A stretch of DNA of 64,000 nucleotides from Cytophagales bacterium (lineage in GTDB: Bacteria; Pseudomonadota; Gammaproteobacteria; Burkholderiales; Burkholderiaceae_C): positions 3,684-67,683 of the forward strand of contig JASGCK010000011.1 of assembly GCA_030054145.1 (NCBI GenBank), written 5' to 3'. Shown in pieces: positions 36,082 through 44,334 of the stretch. Numbering within the stretch: position 1 is the first letter of the stretch; each line of letters starts with the position of its first letter. The translations under genes were made by a program, and so were the position numbers. The notes under the pieces are model-generated. The model worked only from the letters and a program-made list of their open reading frames with translations, did not search any database and was not told the DNA's origin.

Positions 36082-36096
36082 AGATACCTCACTTGT

Positions 36097-37641
36097 CTAG
36101 GGGCTTAGTTGAATTAAAACGTCGTTGCTACTCGCGGGTTGTGGAACGCGATAGTTGACGCTGGCTAAGTGGTCTGCTGGGGTTTTTAATGGTGTTGTAT
36201 AGGCCGCATGAACGGTTGCTTTGTTGCTAGAGTCTTCTAAACATCCTGCGATATTGGGCGCGGAGGCAGTGCCTTTTGTTTGATAAGCTTGGCAACTAGT
36301 TTGAGTTGTACGCATTCTTCCGCGCATCAAAATAATGGCAGCAGGGCCATTCGTGCCCGTACCCAAATTAACTCGGGCAGCATCTCTGCAAGGTACAGCT
36401 TTTTTCAAGGTAACAAGCTGAACGGAATCAACAACTGCTGGCGTTCCACGTACACCCGTCTTACTGCCGATGCAGTCTTCGGATACTGCATAGTGACTGT
36501 GTGCCGCCCATCCGTCAAGGTCGGTGGGTACAAATCTTGTTCCAAGATCAAGATCGTTCGCGCCCACAAGTCCGCTACACGTATAGGGCATATAGCCTTG
36601 AAGCAAGGTAGGGTCGCAACTTCCGCCTAGCGTAGAGGCGGCTCCAGGATAAAAACCATTGGCACTTACAAAAGCATGGATGGCGCTGGCGTATAGGTTG
36701 GCAGTGCGCTTTGTGGCTGCTTTTGCAAACTCTTCTGCCGTAATCCAAATCACTTGGTCGTTGAGTTGCTCTCGTCCTACATCCGCCGTGATAAATGTCT
36801 TATAGGAGTTGTTGGCGGTTGCACTTTGGGTATTTTTACTTAGGTTGACGGATGTGAAGTTGGTAATGATGGTTTGATTATTGGCGCGACTATTTCCAGA
36901 AATGTTGACATCAAGGTAGTTTTTGAAATAACTAGGGGCTGACGCTTGTGCATCAACACCCGTAAGCGCACATACTCGATTGGTACCTGTGGCGGATTGC
37001 GTTTGAGCGCCGCCTGCGGGGCCTGGCGCAATGATGACGGCGACGACTCTGTCGGGTGAGTTGGGTGTGGTTGTGGACTCATTTCCCGCTAACAATTTAT
37101 CTTGCCAAGTAATAGTGCCATCGGACGCAACGTATTTAACGGGTTGAATGACCGAAAAACTGCCAAAAGAGTCCGCATTCACAAAGTTTGAGGATGAACT
37201 ACCCGCCTTAAAGTAACCATCTACCGCATACCAAAGGCATTGATGTGCCGCGTCACGAATAACAGGAGTATTCAGAGTCGCCCAAGGGAATAGACCAAAG
37301 GCGTGATAGCCCTCACCTGTCGCAGTTCCAGATCCGCAAGAGCTAGGTGTGCTGCTGTCGCCTGCCGCATTGGGACAGGGTAGTCGCCCATTGATCGCCG
37401 TCAGTATTTGGGCTTGAATCAGTGTCGTGTCGCGACCCACCGCCACATACGTGAGCAGCGCCTCCTTCGCCTGCCGCAGCGCTTCTTGCGTGACCTTGGT
37501 TTGATACGCCCGTGGGTCGCCGCCCCACAGGTCTTTGGTCATTATGGTGACGGTGAGCATGGCTAGGCTGACTAAAAGCAAAATCGCGACCAGACCGCGC
37601 TGCTGTGCGGGTTGACGGCGATAGGGCTGGCGCGGTCTCAT
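36097..37641 (-). CDS. large GspK/PilX-like pilin-related protein (no Glu+5)
   Basis: 514 aa. 'QQRGLVAILLLVSLAMLTV' is a pilin-like hydrophobic N-terminus that lacks E+5. It has a 'GRLPCPN' motif and a Cys-, Ser- and Thr-rich periplasmic body. ATGA overlap with the upstream gene. Confidence 0.5.
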   Translation of the reverse strand: MRPRQPYRRQPAQQRGLVAILLLVSLAMLTVTIMTKDLWGGDPRAYQTKVTQEALRQAKEALLTYVAVGRDTTLIQAQILTAINGRLPCPNAAGDSSTPSSCGSGTATGEGYHAFGLFPWATLNTPVIRDAAHQCLWYAVDGYFKAGSSSSNFVNADSFGSFSVIQPVKYVASDGTITWQDKLLAGNESTTTPNSPDRVVAVIIAPGPAGGAQTQSATGTNRVCALTGVDAQASAPSYFKNYLDVNISGNSRANNQTIITNFTSVNLSKNTQSATANNSYKTFITADVGREQLNDQVIWITAEEFAKAATKRTANLYASAIHAFVSANGFYPGAASTLGGSCDPTLLQGYMPYTCSGLVGANDLDLGTRFVPTDLDGWAAHSHYAVSEDCIGSKTGVRGTPAVVDSVQLVTLKKAVPCRDAARVNLGTGTNGPAAIILMRGRMRTTQTSCQAYQTKGTASAPNIAGCLEDSSNKATVHAAYTTPLKTPADHLASVNYRVPQPASSNDVLIQLSP

Positions 37642-38300
37642 GGTTTGGCTTTCGATGTGGTGGTTGCGGCGGTGGTGGCGGACGAAGCCGCGCCTTCTGG
37701 CGCTGCGCTTGGTGTGGCTAGTGTGGCGGCGGCGGCTTGCCCCGCTGCCCTTTCGGCTTTGGCTTCCTCTAGCGTTTGCGGTCTTGTGAGGCTGTCGCCA
37801 ATTTTGGCGAATTCGGTTTTGCCTTTGGCAACGACGGAGTTCATGCCGATGATTTCGCCCTTGTTATTGCGCACGAGGCTCAGGCCATACGGCAAGCTGG
37901 CTTCGGCGAATGGCTTGCCGTTAATCCACACGCTGATGCGCTGGCCTGCGGGACGGTCGGGGCGGTGGCTTAGGCCTTCGATGCGCAGTACGCTGGGCAC
38001 TTCGACTTCGACTGCGGTTTTGATTTTTGCTTCGATGAGGGCGACGGCCTTCACGTTGAAGCGGTTGTCGTCGATGCGCGAGCGTTCGCTCTCAGTCGTC
38101 AGCAGTCGCCCAAGGCCCAGGCCATAACGCACTTGGGCGTGCGCGGCAGCTGCGATGCAGCCGATGGCAAGAGTGAGGGCGAGGGTGAGTACAGAGGCGA
38201 CCAGCCCAAGCCTTGTGCGCTTCCTTGTGCGCTTTGCCGCGTGGTGTGATGAGGCTTGCGCTGCGGCGCGAGAGGATGGGTGCAGAAGTGAGTTCATCAT
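37638..38300 (-). CDS. hypothetical lipoprotein-like periplasmic protein (PilP/GspC-position)
   Basis: 220 aa. Basic n-region 'KRTRKRTR', h-region and possible lipobox 'LAIGC', about 120 aa of beta-rich sequence, and an Ala/Thr-rich tail. No family recognised by eye. Confidence 0.4.
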   Translation of the reverse strand: MMNSLLHPSSRAAAQASSHHAAKRTRKRTRLGLVASVLTLALTLAIGCIAAAAHAQVRYGLGLGRLLTTESERSRIDDNRFNVKAVALIEAKIKTAVEVEVPSVLRIEGLSHRPDRPAGQRISVWINGKPFAEASLPYGLSLVRNNKGEIIGMNSVVAKGKTEFAKIGDSLTRPQTLEEAKAERAAGQAAAATLATPSAAPEGAASSATTAATTTSKAKP

Positions 38301-38309
38301 GGCACTGGC

Positions 38310-39059
38310 TCAAGGGTTGTAGGCGTTCATGCTGACCCACGTGAGGGCGCAATCGGCCTCAATGCCATCGCCCACAATCTCGTCAGGTGTACGCTGCGCC
38401 TCGGAGTTGCTGGGGCGTTTGAAATTGCACTGCTTGACGCTGAATAAGCCCAAGTTGGCTGCTTTGAGTTCGTCAAAAATAGCAAATACATCACCTTCAT
38501 GCAAGAGGCGCAAGGTCAGTTTCATGTCGGTGCTAAACACCGAAAAGTTTTTAACGGGATCGCCGTTTGGCAGCTTAGCGCCCGCAGTAGGCTGGGGCGG
38601 CGGCACGTTTGTCCCTTCTTTGAATAAGATTTTTTGCGGCGCAATATCGTACTTAATGGTGATGCCCAGCCAGCGTTTTTCGATGGTGCGCAGCTGCTCG
38701 ACCCACTCCAGCCGCTTCTCTTCGCCAAAGATGCCTTTGGCTTCTAAGTCGCGCAAAATCGGCAAGTGTTTGACGATGCTATCGCGCTCTTGTCCACTGT
38801 CGCGCAGTTTGGCTTCGGCATTGGCTTTGAGTCCATTTTGCGTGCTGAGTTTTTGCGATAAATCTTTGTCTTGTTCTTGTAAAAACCAGATTGCGGCAAT
38901 GGCGAGCACTACGATAACGGCAAGCAAAACGGCGGCGCGGCGCAAGTTGCTGGGCCAACTCTTCCAGCTCCATGTGAGGCTATCTTGCGCGGCGGTGGTG
39001 CCTGGATTTTCATCGTCTTCGCCAATTAGCCCCGTTTGACTCTGGATTACCGTTGCCAT
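38310..39059 (-). CDS. bitopic inner-membrane protein, PilO/GspM-like topology
   Basis: 249 aa. A roughly 45-aa acidic cytoplasmic N-terminus, the TM helix 'AAVLLAVIVVLAIAAIWFL', a coiled-coil ('LSQKLSTQNGLKANAEAKLRD') and a roughly 130-aa periplasmic domain. Confidence 0.45.
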   Translation of the reverse strand: MATVIQSQTGLIGEDDENPGTTAAQDSLTWSWKSWPSNLRRAAVLLAVIVVLAIAAIWFLQEQDKDLSQKLSTQNGLKANAEAKLRDSGQERDSIVKHLPILRDLEAKGIFGEEKRLEWVEQLRTIEKRWLGITIKYDIAPQKILFKEGTNVPPPQPTAGAKLPNGDPVKNFSVFSTDMKLTLRLLHEGDVFAIFDELKAANLGLFSVKQCNFKRPSNSEAQRTPDEIVGDGIEADCALTWVSMNAYNP

Positions 39060-40582
39060 AGTTTGACCTCGAAATTCAGTTCAGATTTTTCCTGCCTGCT
39101 AGAGCCCGACAGAGCTGCCTTGGTACTCAGATCTAGCGGCTTTTTGGTAATTTCGGCGCGAAGATTGGGCTGACGATTCAGGTCAGCCAAAAACCTTGCC
39201 AGTGCATCGCGCGTGCCGCGCAGGTCGGTGCTGGCAATGCCGCGAATCGTGCCGCGCATCGAAAGCGTTGAGCTGACTTTGTTGTCTTTGGCGGGCGTGG
39301 GCGGCGTGCCTGCGGCAGGATGTGTTGTCGCCGAATGGGGCGCTTCGGTTGCCCACTGCAACTCATCAATCACCATGCCAGGGTGTCGCTCTAAGACTTG
39401 CCCTGCCGCCACCAAAATGGGACGCATAGAGGGCAAGGTGCTCGCCTCAATGCCTTGCCAACGACTGGCCATCTCCGTTAATTGCGCGGCGGTTAGCGGG
39501 GTTATCGGGTAGGTTTTTGCAATCGCCAAATATTGCTGCGAGGCTCGGTTGTGTGCCCGAGTCGAGGTGTCAATATCCACTTGCTTTTGCCACAGCTGTG
39601 ATGCACCCAAAGCCAAATAAAGCATCGCACAAGCCGCCACAATGGCTGCGCCGATGTAGGTGGCGCTGGTCGCGCGGATGCTTTGGTCGCGCTTGATGTA
39701 AGGCAGTGGCGCGAGCTGTAACGCTGGCTGCTGTTTTGCCAGTGCAGCAACGTAGACTAAATGCGTGAGCGGGCTATCAATCCAGTGGTATTGATCACGC
39801 GCGTGCTGAGTGTCAGCACCGATCGCCTGCGCTGGGCGTGTGTGCTCTGGCAGCACGGTGTACAGGCTCATACCTGCGCGGTCATTTTTAAGTTGACCAT
39901 TGCCAATTAAGTATTCGCGCAGCCGTGCAGTTTCTTGGTACACCGTGGCAAACCACGACACGCCTACGGTTGGCGGATGCAGCGCGAGGCGTGAAAACCG
40001 CACACGACCACCAGCTAGCACCGTTTGGCGAAGCCCTTCGGCGTGCGGCGTAACTAAAACGCCGATTGACTCTTCGCTTTTGAGTGGTTTGACTTTGAGC
40101 AAAGCAATAGCAGCTGGTGTCAGCATGACGGGCGAGTAAACACCCCGAATGCGTACTTCGCAAGTGTGTAGCGCATCCAGCCAAGGGGTGACGGATTCTG
40201 GGCGGCCAAGGGTGTAGCCCAAAACGCGCATTTTGTCGGATTGGTTGCGGCTTTTGCCTTGCATATCCGACCAACGGTAGGGGCTGTCCATGCCCGATTG
40301 CTCCGACATACGGTCAATCCAAACCGAACGCGCCTTGCCGCGCATGAAGGGCATCACACCGCCCCAAAAAGTTTCTTCACTTTGATCGACCAAAATCACC
40401 CAAGGTTTGTTGGGTAATTGAGTCGCCCATTCCGCCAAGTCTTGTGCTTGTTCTAAGCCGCCTTGAAGCTGCACGAGGCTTGCACCGCGTGCGCCCACGT
40501 CGTAAATTTCCGCTTTGCCCGAGGCAAGGTGCAAGATGTAGAGCGGGTGCCGGCTTTTGATAAAGGGAAGGGGATTGCGCAT
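39047..40582 (-). CDS. bitopic protein, GspL / PilM-PilN-fusion-like topology
   Basis: 511 aa. A roughly 310-aa cytoplasmic part, one TM helix 'YIGAAIVAACAMLYLALGA' and a roughly 170-aa periplasmic part. TAATG junction with the platform gene. No actin-like ATP motifs recognised. Confidence 0.42.
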   Translation of the reverse strand: MRNPLPFIKSRHPLYILHLASGKAEIYDVGARGASLVQLQGGLEQAQDLAEWATQLPNKPWVILVDQSEETFWGGVMPFMRGKARSVWIDRMSEQSGMDSPYRWSDMQGKSRNQSDKMRVLGYTLGRPESVTPWLDALHTCEVRIRGVYSPVMLTPAAIALLKVKPLKSEESIGVLVTPHAEGLRQTVLAGGRVRFSRLALHPPTVGVSWFATVYQETARLREYLIGNGQLKNDRAGMSLYTVLPEHTRPAQAIGADTQHARDQYHWIDSPLTHLVYVAALAKQQPALQLAPLPYIKRDQSIRATSATYIGAAIVAACAMLYLALGASQLWQKQVDIDTSTRAHNRASQQYLAIAKTYPITPLTAAQLTEMASRWQGIEASTLPSMRPILVAAGQVLERHPGMVIDELQWATEAPHSATTHPAAGTPPTPAKDNKVSSTLSMRGTIRGIASTDLRGTRDALARFLADLNRQPNLRAEITKKPLDLSTKAALSGSSRQEKSELNFEVKLWQR

Positions 40583-41787
40583 TAGATTTTTCCTCCGCCA
40601 ATCACTGACTCATAAAGCGGCCCTAGCGTAAAGACCATGATGAGTGCCATGATGCCGCCCAAGATCACGGTCATGATGGGCTGCAAACTGGCTTGCAAAT
40701 TCTCCACCGCATCACGCGCTTCGCGGGTGTACATATAGCTCACATTTTTGAGTGATTTATCGAGTGAACCCGTGGCCTCGCCCACGCGCAGCATACTGAC
40801 GACCATTGGCGGAAACAGAGCGCTGCCCGAGAACGCCGCTGACAAACTTTTCCCCTTGGTGATTTGTATCCGAGCACTTTTAATAGCCTCCGCCATCGCT
40901 TGATTGCCGACGGCTTTCTCGACAACTTTGAGCGCATCCGTCACCGTTACGCCCGCCGCATAAAGGATTGCCAGCACATACGAAAACCGCGCCAGTGCAA
41001 TGCGTGACAGCACTTTGCCGAGCACGGGCAGTTTGAGTTTGAGGTTGTCGGTGTGCGTGCGCATTTTGCCTGGGACTTTTGCTACGAACGCAATGAAGGC
41101 CATCCCTCCGCCCACAAACAGTGCCAGCAAAAGCCAATGGTTCAAAATGACATCAGACATCCACATCAGCGCCCGCGTTTGCCACGGCAATTCGATTTGC
41201 ATGGTCTTCAAGAGCTGCGTAATTTGCGGCACAACGTAGCCCAGCATAAAGAGCAGGACACCCGTAATCACCACGGTCACGATGATTGGGTAGGTCAGCG
41301 CTTTTCTGGTTTGGCTCGCCATTTCGTATTGCCATTTAATCGTCTCGGTGAGGTCTTCTAAAACTTCGATGAACTGTCCCGTTTGCTCGCCTGCTTGAAT
41401 CAAATTGACATACACCGAGTCAAACACTTTGGGCTGCGTCAGCATGGCTTGCGAGAGCGTTTTGCCGCTGGACAGCGCATCAATTAATTTGCCAATCACT
41501 TCGCGCATGGCGGAGTTGCCCTCGCCCTCGGACACGTCGCGCAGCGCATCCAAAATCGTCACACCCGCACGCAGCATCATGCTGAGTTGAAAGCTGAAAT
41601 TGAGCAGTTGTTCGCGTCCCGTTTTGGCGGCAAACAGCGTCAAGCCTGGGCGCACAATCGTCGCTTTGAGTAGTAGCTGTCCCGATTGCTCAAGACTCAA
41701 GGCGAGCGCCGTTTGGTCAACCGCTTGGCTTTTGCCAGACTGCGTTTTTCCTTCGGTATTAATGGCTTTCCAGGCGAATACAGGCAT
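40582..41787 (-). CDS. type II secretion / type IV pilus inner-membrane platform protein (GspF/PilC/MshG family)
   Basis: 401 aa. An internally duplicated T2SSF domain ('LSMMLRAGVTILDAL...' and 'LAILYAAGVTVTDAL...') with three TM segments. Confidence 0.9.
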   Translation of the reverse strand: MPVFAWKAINTEGKTQSGKSQAVDQTALALSLEQSGQLLLKATIVRPGLTLFAAKTGREQLLNFSFQLSMMLRAGVTILDALRDVSEGEGNSAMREVIGKLIDALSSGKTLSQAMLTQPKVFDSVYVNLIQAGEQTGQFIEVLEDLTETIKWQYEMASQTRKALTYPIIVTVVITGVLLFMLGYVVPQITQLLKTMQIELPWQTRALMWMSDVILNHWLLLALFVGGGMAFIAFVAKVPGKMRTHTDNLKLKLPVLGKVLSRIALARFSYVLAILYAAGVTVTDALKVVEKAVGNQAMAEAIKSARIQITKGKSLSAAFSGSALFPPMVVSMLRVGEATGSLDKSLKNVSYMYTREARDAVENLQASLQPIMTVILGGIMALIMVFTLGPLYESVIGGGKI

Positions 41788-41802
41788 AGGTTCTTCCTGG
41801 AG

Positions 41803-43488
41803 TTAGCGTTGCACCAAACTGACGACGCGGCTGACTTCTTCGATGGTGCTGTCCCCCGCTAAAACGCGGCGAATAGCATCATCACGCAGCGTGACAAAGC
41901 CCGCACTTCGCGCGTATCTGGCCAGTTCGGGCGGACTGGCATTGGTCGCAACGAGTTCATCCATTTTTTCGTCAAAGATCAATACTTCCATCAACACAAA
42001 TCGACCGCGATAGCCCGATTGACTACAGTGTGCGCAGCCTACGGCTTTGTAGATATGGGTTTTGGTGGCGTCGCCAATGGCTACGCCAAGCAGCTGCTGG
42101 TCGTGCGGGCTTAGCTGGGCAGGCGCTTTGCAATGCACGCACAGTTTGCGCGAGAGGCGCTGACCGATCACGCCAATCATGTTGCCTGCCAAAATTTCGG
42201 AACTCACGCCAATATCGCGCAGGCGCTGTACGGCTGCAAGCGCTGAGTTGGTGTGCAAAGTGGCAAATACTTGATGCCCCGTCATCGCGGCACGAAACGC
42301 CATCTCAGCGGTTTCTTGATCGCGAATTTCGCCCACCAAAATCACGTCAGGATCTTGCCGCATCAAGGCGCGAACGCCGTCTGCAAACGTGAGTTTTTCG
42401 GTAATTTGGGTTTGCCGAATGAGTGGCAGCGGATATTCAATGGGGTCTTCCAGCGTCATCACGTTCACGTCTTCGTTGCTAACGGAGGACAGCACCGAGT
42501 ACAGCGTGGTGGTTTTGCCGCTACCCGTGGGACCCGTTACCAGCACAATGCCTTCGGGTTTGGCCACTGCTGCATTGATGCAGCGCCTTGCGTGATCGCT
42601 GATATCCACACGCTTAAATGGCACGATGTTTTTGTTTTTATCCAGCAAGCGCAGCACAATGTTTTCACCGTGTGCGGTGGGCAAGCAAGCGGCGCGAAAG
42701 TCAATGTCGTTAATGCCCAATTGAAAACCAAAGCGCCCATCTTGCGGCAGGCGACTCTCGGCAATGTTCATGCCTGCCAGCACCTTGAGTTTGACCGCCA
42801 GCCCCGACCAAATGGAGGCGTGCAGTAAATGGGATTGCTTCAAAATGCCATCAATGCGCAGCCGCACACGCAGGAAATACTCGTCTGGTTCAAAGTGAAT
42901 ATCGGATGCTTCGCTGTCATAGGCTTGCTGCAAAATGGCTTCGACAATTTTTTCAATGGGCGGCTCTCGTCCGCCTGTTGCCAAAATGCTTTCAACTGAA
43001 ATGCGTTCACCAAAAACGCGGTCAATTTCGCGGTGCAATTCGGTTTCGGCTGCCAAGCCCAGTTTGACGTGTACAACGCCTTGACTGCGCAAATGTGCCG
43101 TGACTTGATCAATGCCAATTAAATCATGGGGGTCGGATACTGCCAGCAGCACGCGCCCCGTATTCGATTTGGCAACAGGCAACATTTTGTGGTACCGCGC
43201 CAACGCGCCCGAGATCAAGCGCTCAATAGTGGGGTCGGGGCGCTGGGCCGCAATATCGACAACGGGCAGTTGCAATAAATTCGCGCGGATGTCGCGCAGT
43301 ATGGACACAGACATCAAGCCTAAACGGGTGATATGGCTATGCAGCTGTCCGCCAAGTCTTTTTTGCTCCGCCATCGCAATGCCCAGTTCGCTTGACGACA
43401 AATGCTTCTCCGCGAGCAGTTTGTCGGCTAGCTCGCGGTCTGTTTTGCGTAACAAGCCATTGCTGACTTCGCTTGGCAGTGTATTCAT
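41803..43488 (-). CDS. GspE/PilB/MshE-family assembly ATPase
   Basis: 561 aa. Walker A 'GPTGSGKTTTL', Asp box, Walker B 'DPDVILVGEIRD', His box 'TGHQVFATLHTN' and a tetracysteine 'CVHC...CAHC'. The N-terminal domain is T2SSE_N-like. Confidence 0.92.
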   Translation of the reverse strand: MNTLPSEVSNGLLRKTDRELADKLLAEKHLSSSELGIAMAEQKRLGGQLHSHITRLGLMSVSILRDIRANLLQLPVVDIAAQRPDPTIERLISGALARYHKMLPVAKSNTGRVLLAVSDPHDLIGIDQVTAHLRSQGVVHVKLGLAAETELHREIDRVFGERISVESILATGGREPPIEKIVEAILQQAYDSEASDIHFEPDEYFLRVRLRIDGILKQSHLLHASIWSGLAVKLKVLAGMNIAESRLPQDGRFGFQLGINDIDFRAACLPTAHGENIVLRLLDKNKNIVPFKRVDISDHARRCINAAVAKPEGIVLVTGPTGSGKTTTLYSVLSSVSNEDVNVMTLEDPIEYPLPLIRQTQITEKLTFADGVRALMRQDPDVILVGEIRDQETAEMAFRAAMTGHQVFATLHTNSALAAVQRLRDIGVSSEILAGNMIGVIGQRLSRKLCVHCKAPAQLSPHDQQLLGVAIGDATKTHIYKAVGCAHCSQSGYRGRFVLMEVLIFDEKMDELVATNASPPELARYARSAGFVTLRDDAIRRVLAGDSTIEEVSRVVSLVQR

Positions 43489-43515
43489 AAGCAGGGTCGT
43501 AGGACTTGGGTGGGA

Positions 43516-44334
43516 CTAGGGCGTGGCCGTCAAGATGCGCAGTCTGGCGCGGGCAATATCACGGTTAAATACGGCATTGGTTTGATTTGATAAATTGAGC
43601 GCTAGTACGTATTGCCGCGCGGCATCGCGGGTGCGGCCTAAGCGGTCCAAAGCCAATGCTTGGTTGTAGGCGTAATCGGGCTGCTCTGGCTCCATCGCAC
43701 ACGCACGGCTAAAGGCGCGTTCGGCTTCACCAAAGCGATCTTGGTCGAAGTACAAGACGCCTAGTGTGTAGTGCAAGGCAGCGGGATGCTCGCTTCGCTC
43801 TAACAAAGATTGGAAGCGCGATTCTTCCGCCTGCAAATCACCCCCCGAGATTAAAAAAATCGCACTGCTGGCAGCGCTGTCGCGTGGGTAGAGTTCAATC
43901 AAACGGCGCAGCGTTGACAAGGCTTGCTCGGTGTTGCCCAGCGCGTAGTGCGCGTAGGCAATGCCCAGCAAGGCATCGCGCTGCGTAGGGTTGCGAGCCA
44001 GCGCTTGGCTATATGCCTCACGTGCAGGACTAAATTGATTTAGCTGCAAAGCTTTGTAGCCGCGCAGCACATCGGGATCAACGGAAGAGGCCAGTTGACC
44101 GCGTTTGATTTGCGGTGGTGGATCGACTTGATCCATCACGGTTTGCGCTGTTTGGATGTTGGGATTGGTGGTGGCGGTGGTGGCGGTGGTGGCGGTGGCC
44201 GAGGTGGCCGAAGCGGCATTGCTGCTGGCGTTCACATTGACGGGCGCACTTTTAGGACGACGCTGGGCCTGCGCGTTGGCTTGCGCTACCACTAAGCAAA
44301 GCGCGATGAAGAGACTCGATAAAAGTAATTTCAT
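43516..44334 (-). CDS. secreted TPR-repeat protein (MshN-position)
   Basis: ATG 44334 overlaps the secretin stop (ATGA). Signal peptide 'MKLLLSSLFIALCLVVAQANA', an Ala/Thr run 'SATSATATTATTATT' encoded by a GGTGGCGGT repeat, then TPRs ('AREAYSQALARNP', 'AERAFSRACAMEP'). Confidence 0.75.
   Translation of the reverse strand: MKLLLSSLFIALCLVVAQANAQAQRRPKSAPVNVNASSNAASATSATATTATTATTNPNIQTAQTVMDQVDPPPQIKRGQLASSVDPDVLRGYKALQLNQFSPAREAYSQALARNPTQRDALLGIAYAHYALGNTEQALSTLRRLIELYPRDSAASSAIFLISGGDLQAEESRFQSLLERSEHPAALHYTLGVLYFDQDRFGEAERAFSRACAMEPEQPDYAYNQALALDRLGRTRDAARQYVLALNLSNQTNAVFNRDIARARLRILTATP

Noticed and set aside
44150-44215. A GGTGGCGGT-type simple repeat, considered as a separate regulatory or contingency element.
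   Set aside because: It lies in-frame inside the TPR protein gene, encoding an Ala/Thr-rich stretch just after the signal peptide. I treated it as low-complexity coding sequence, noted under that feature.
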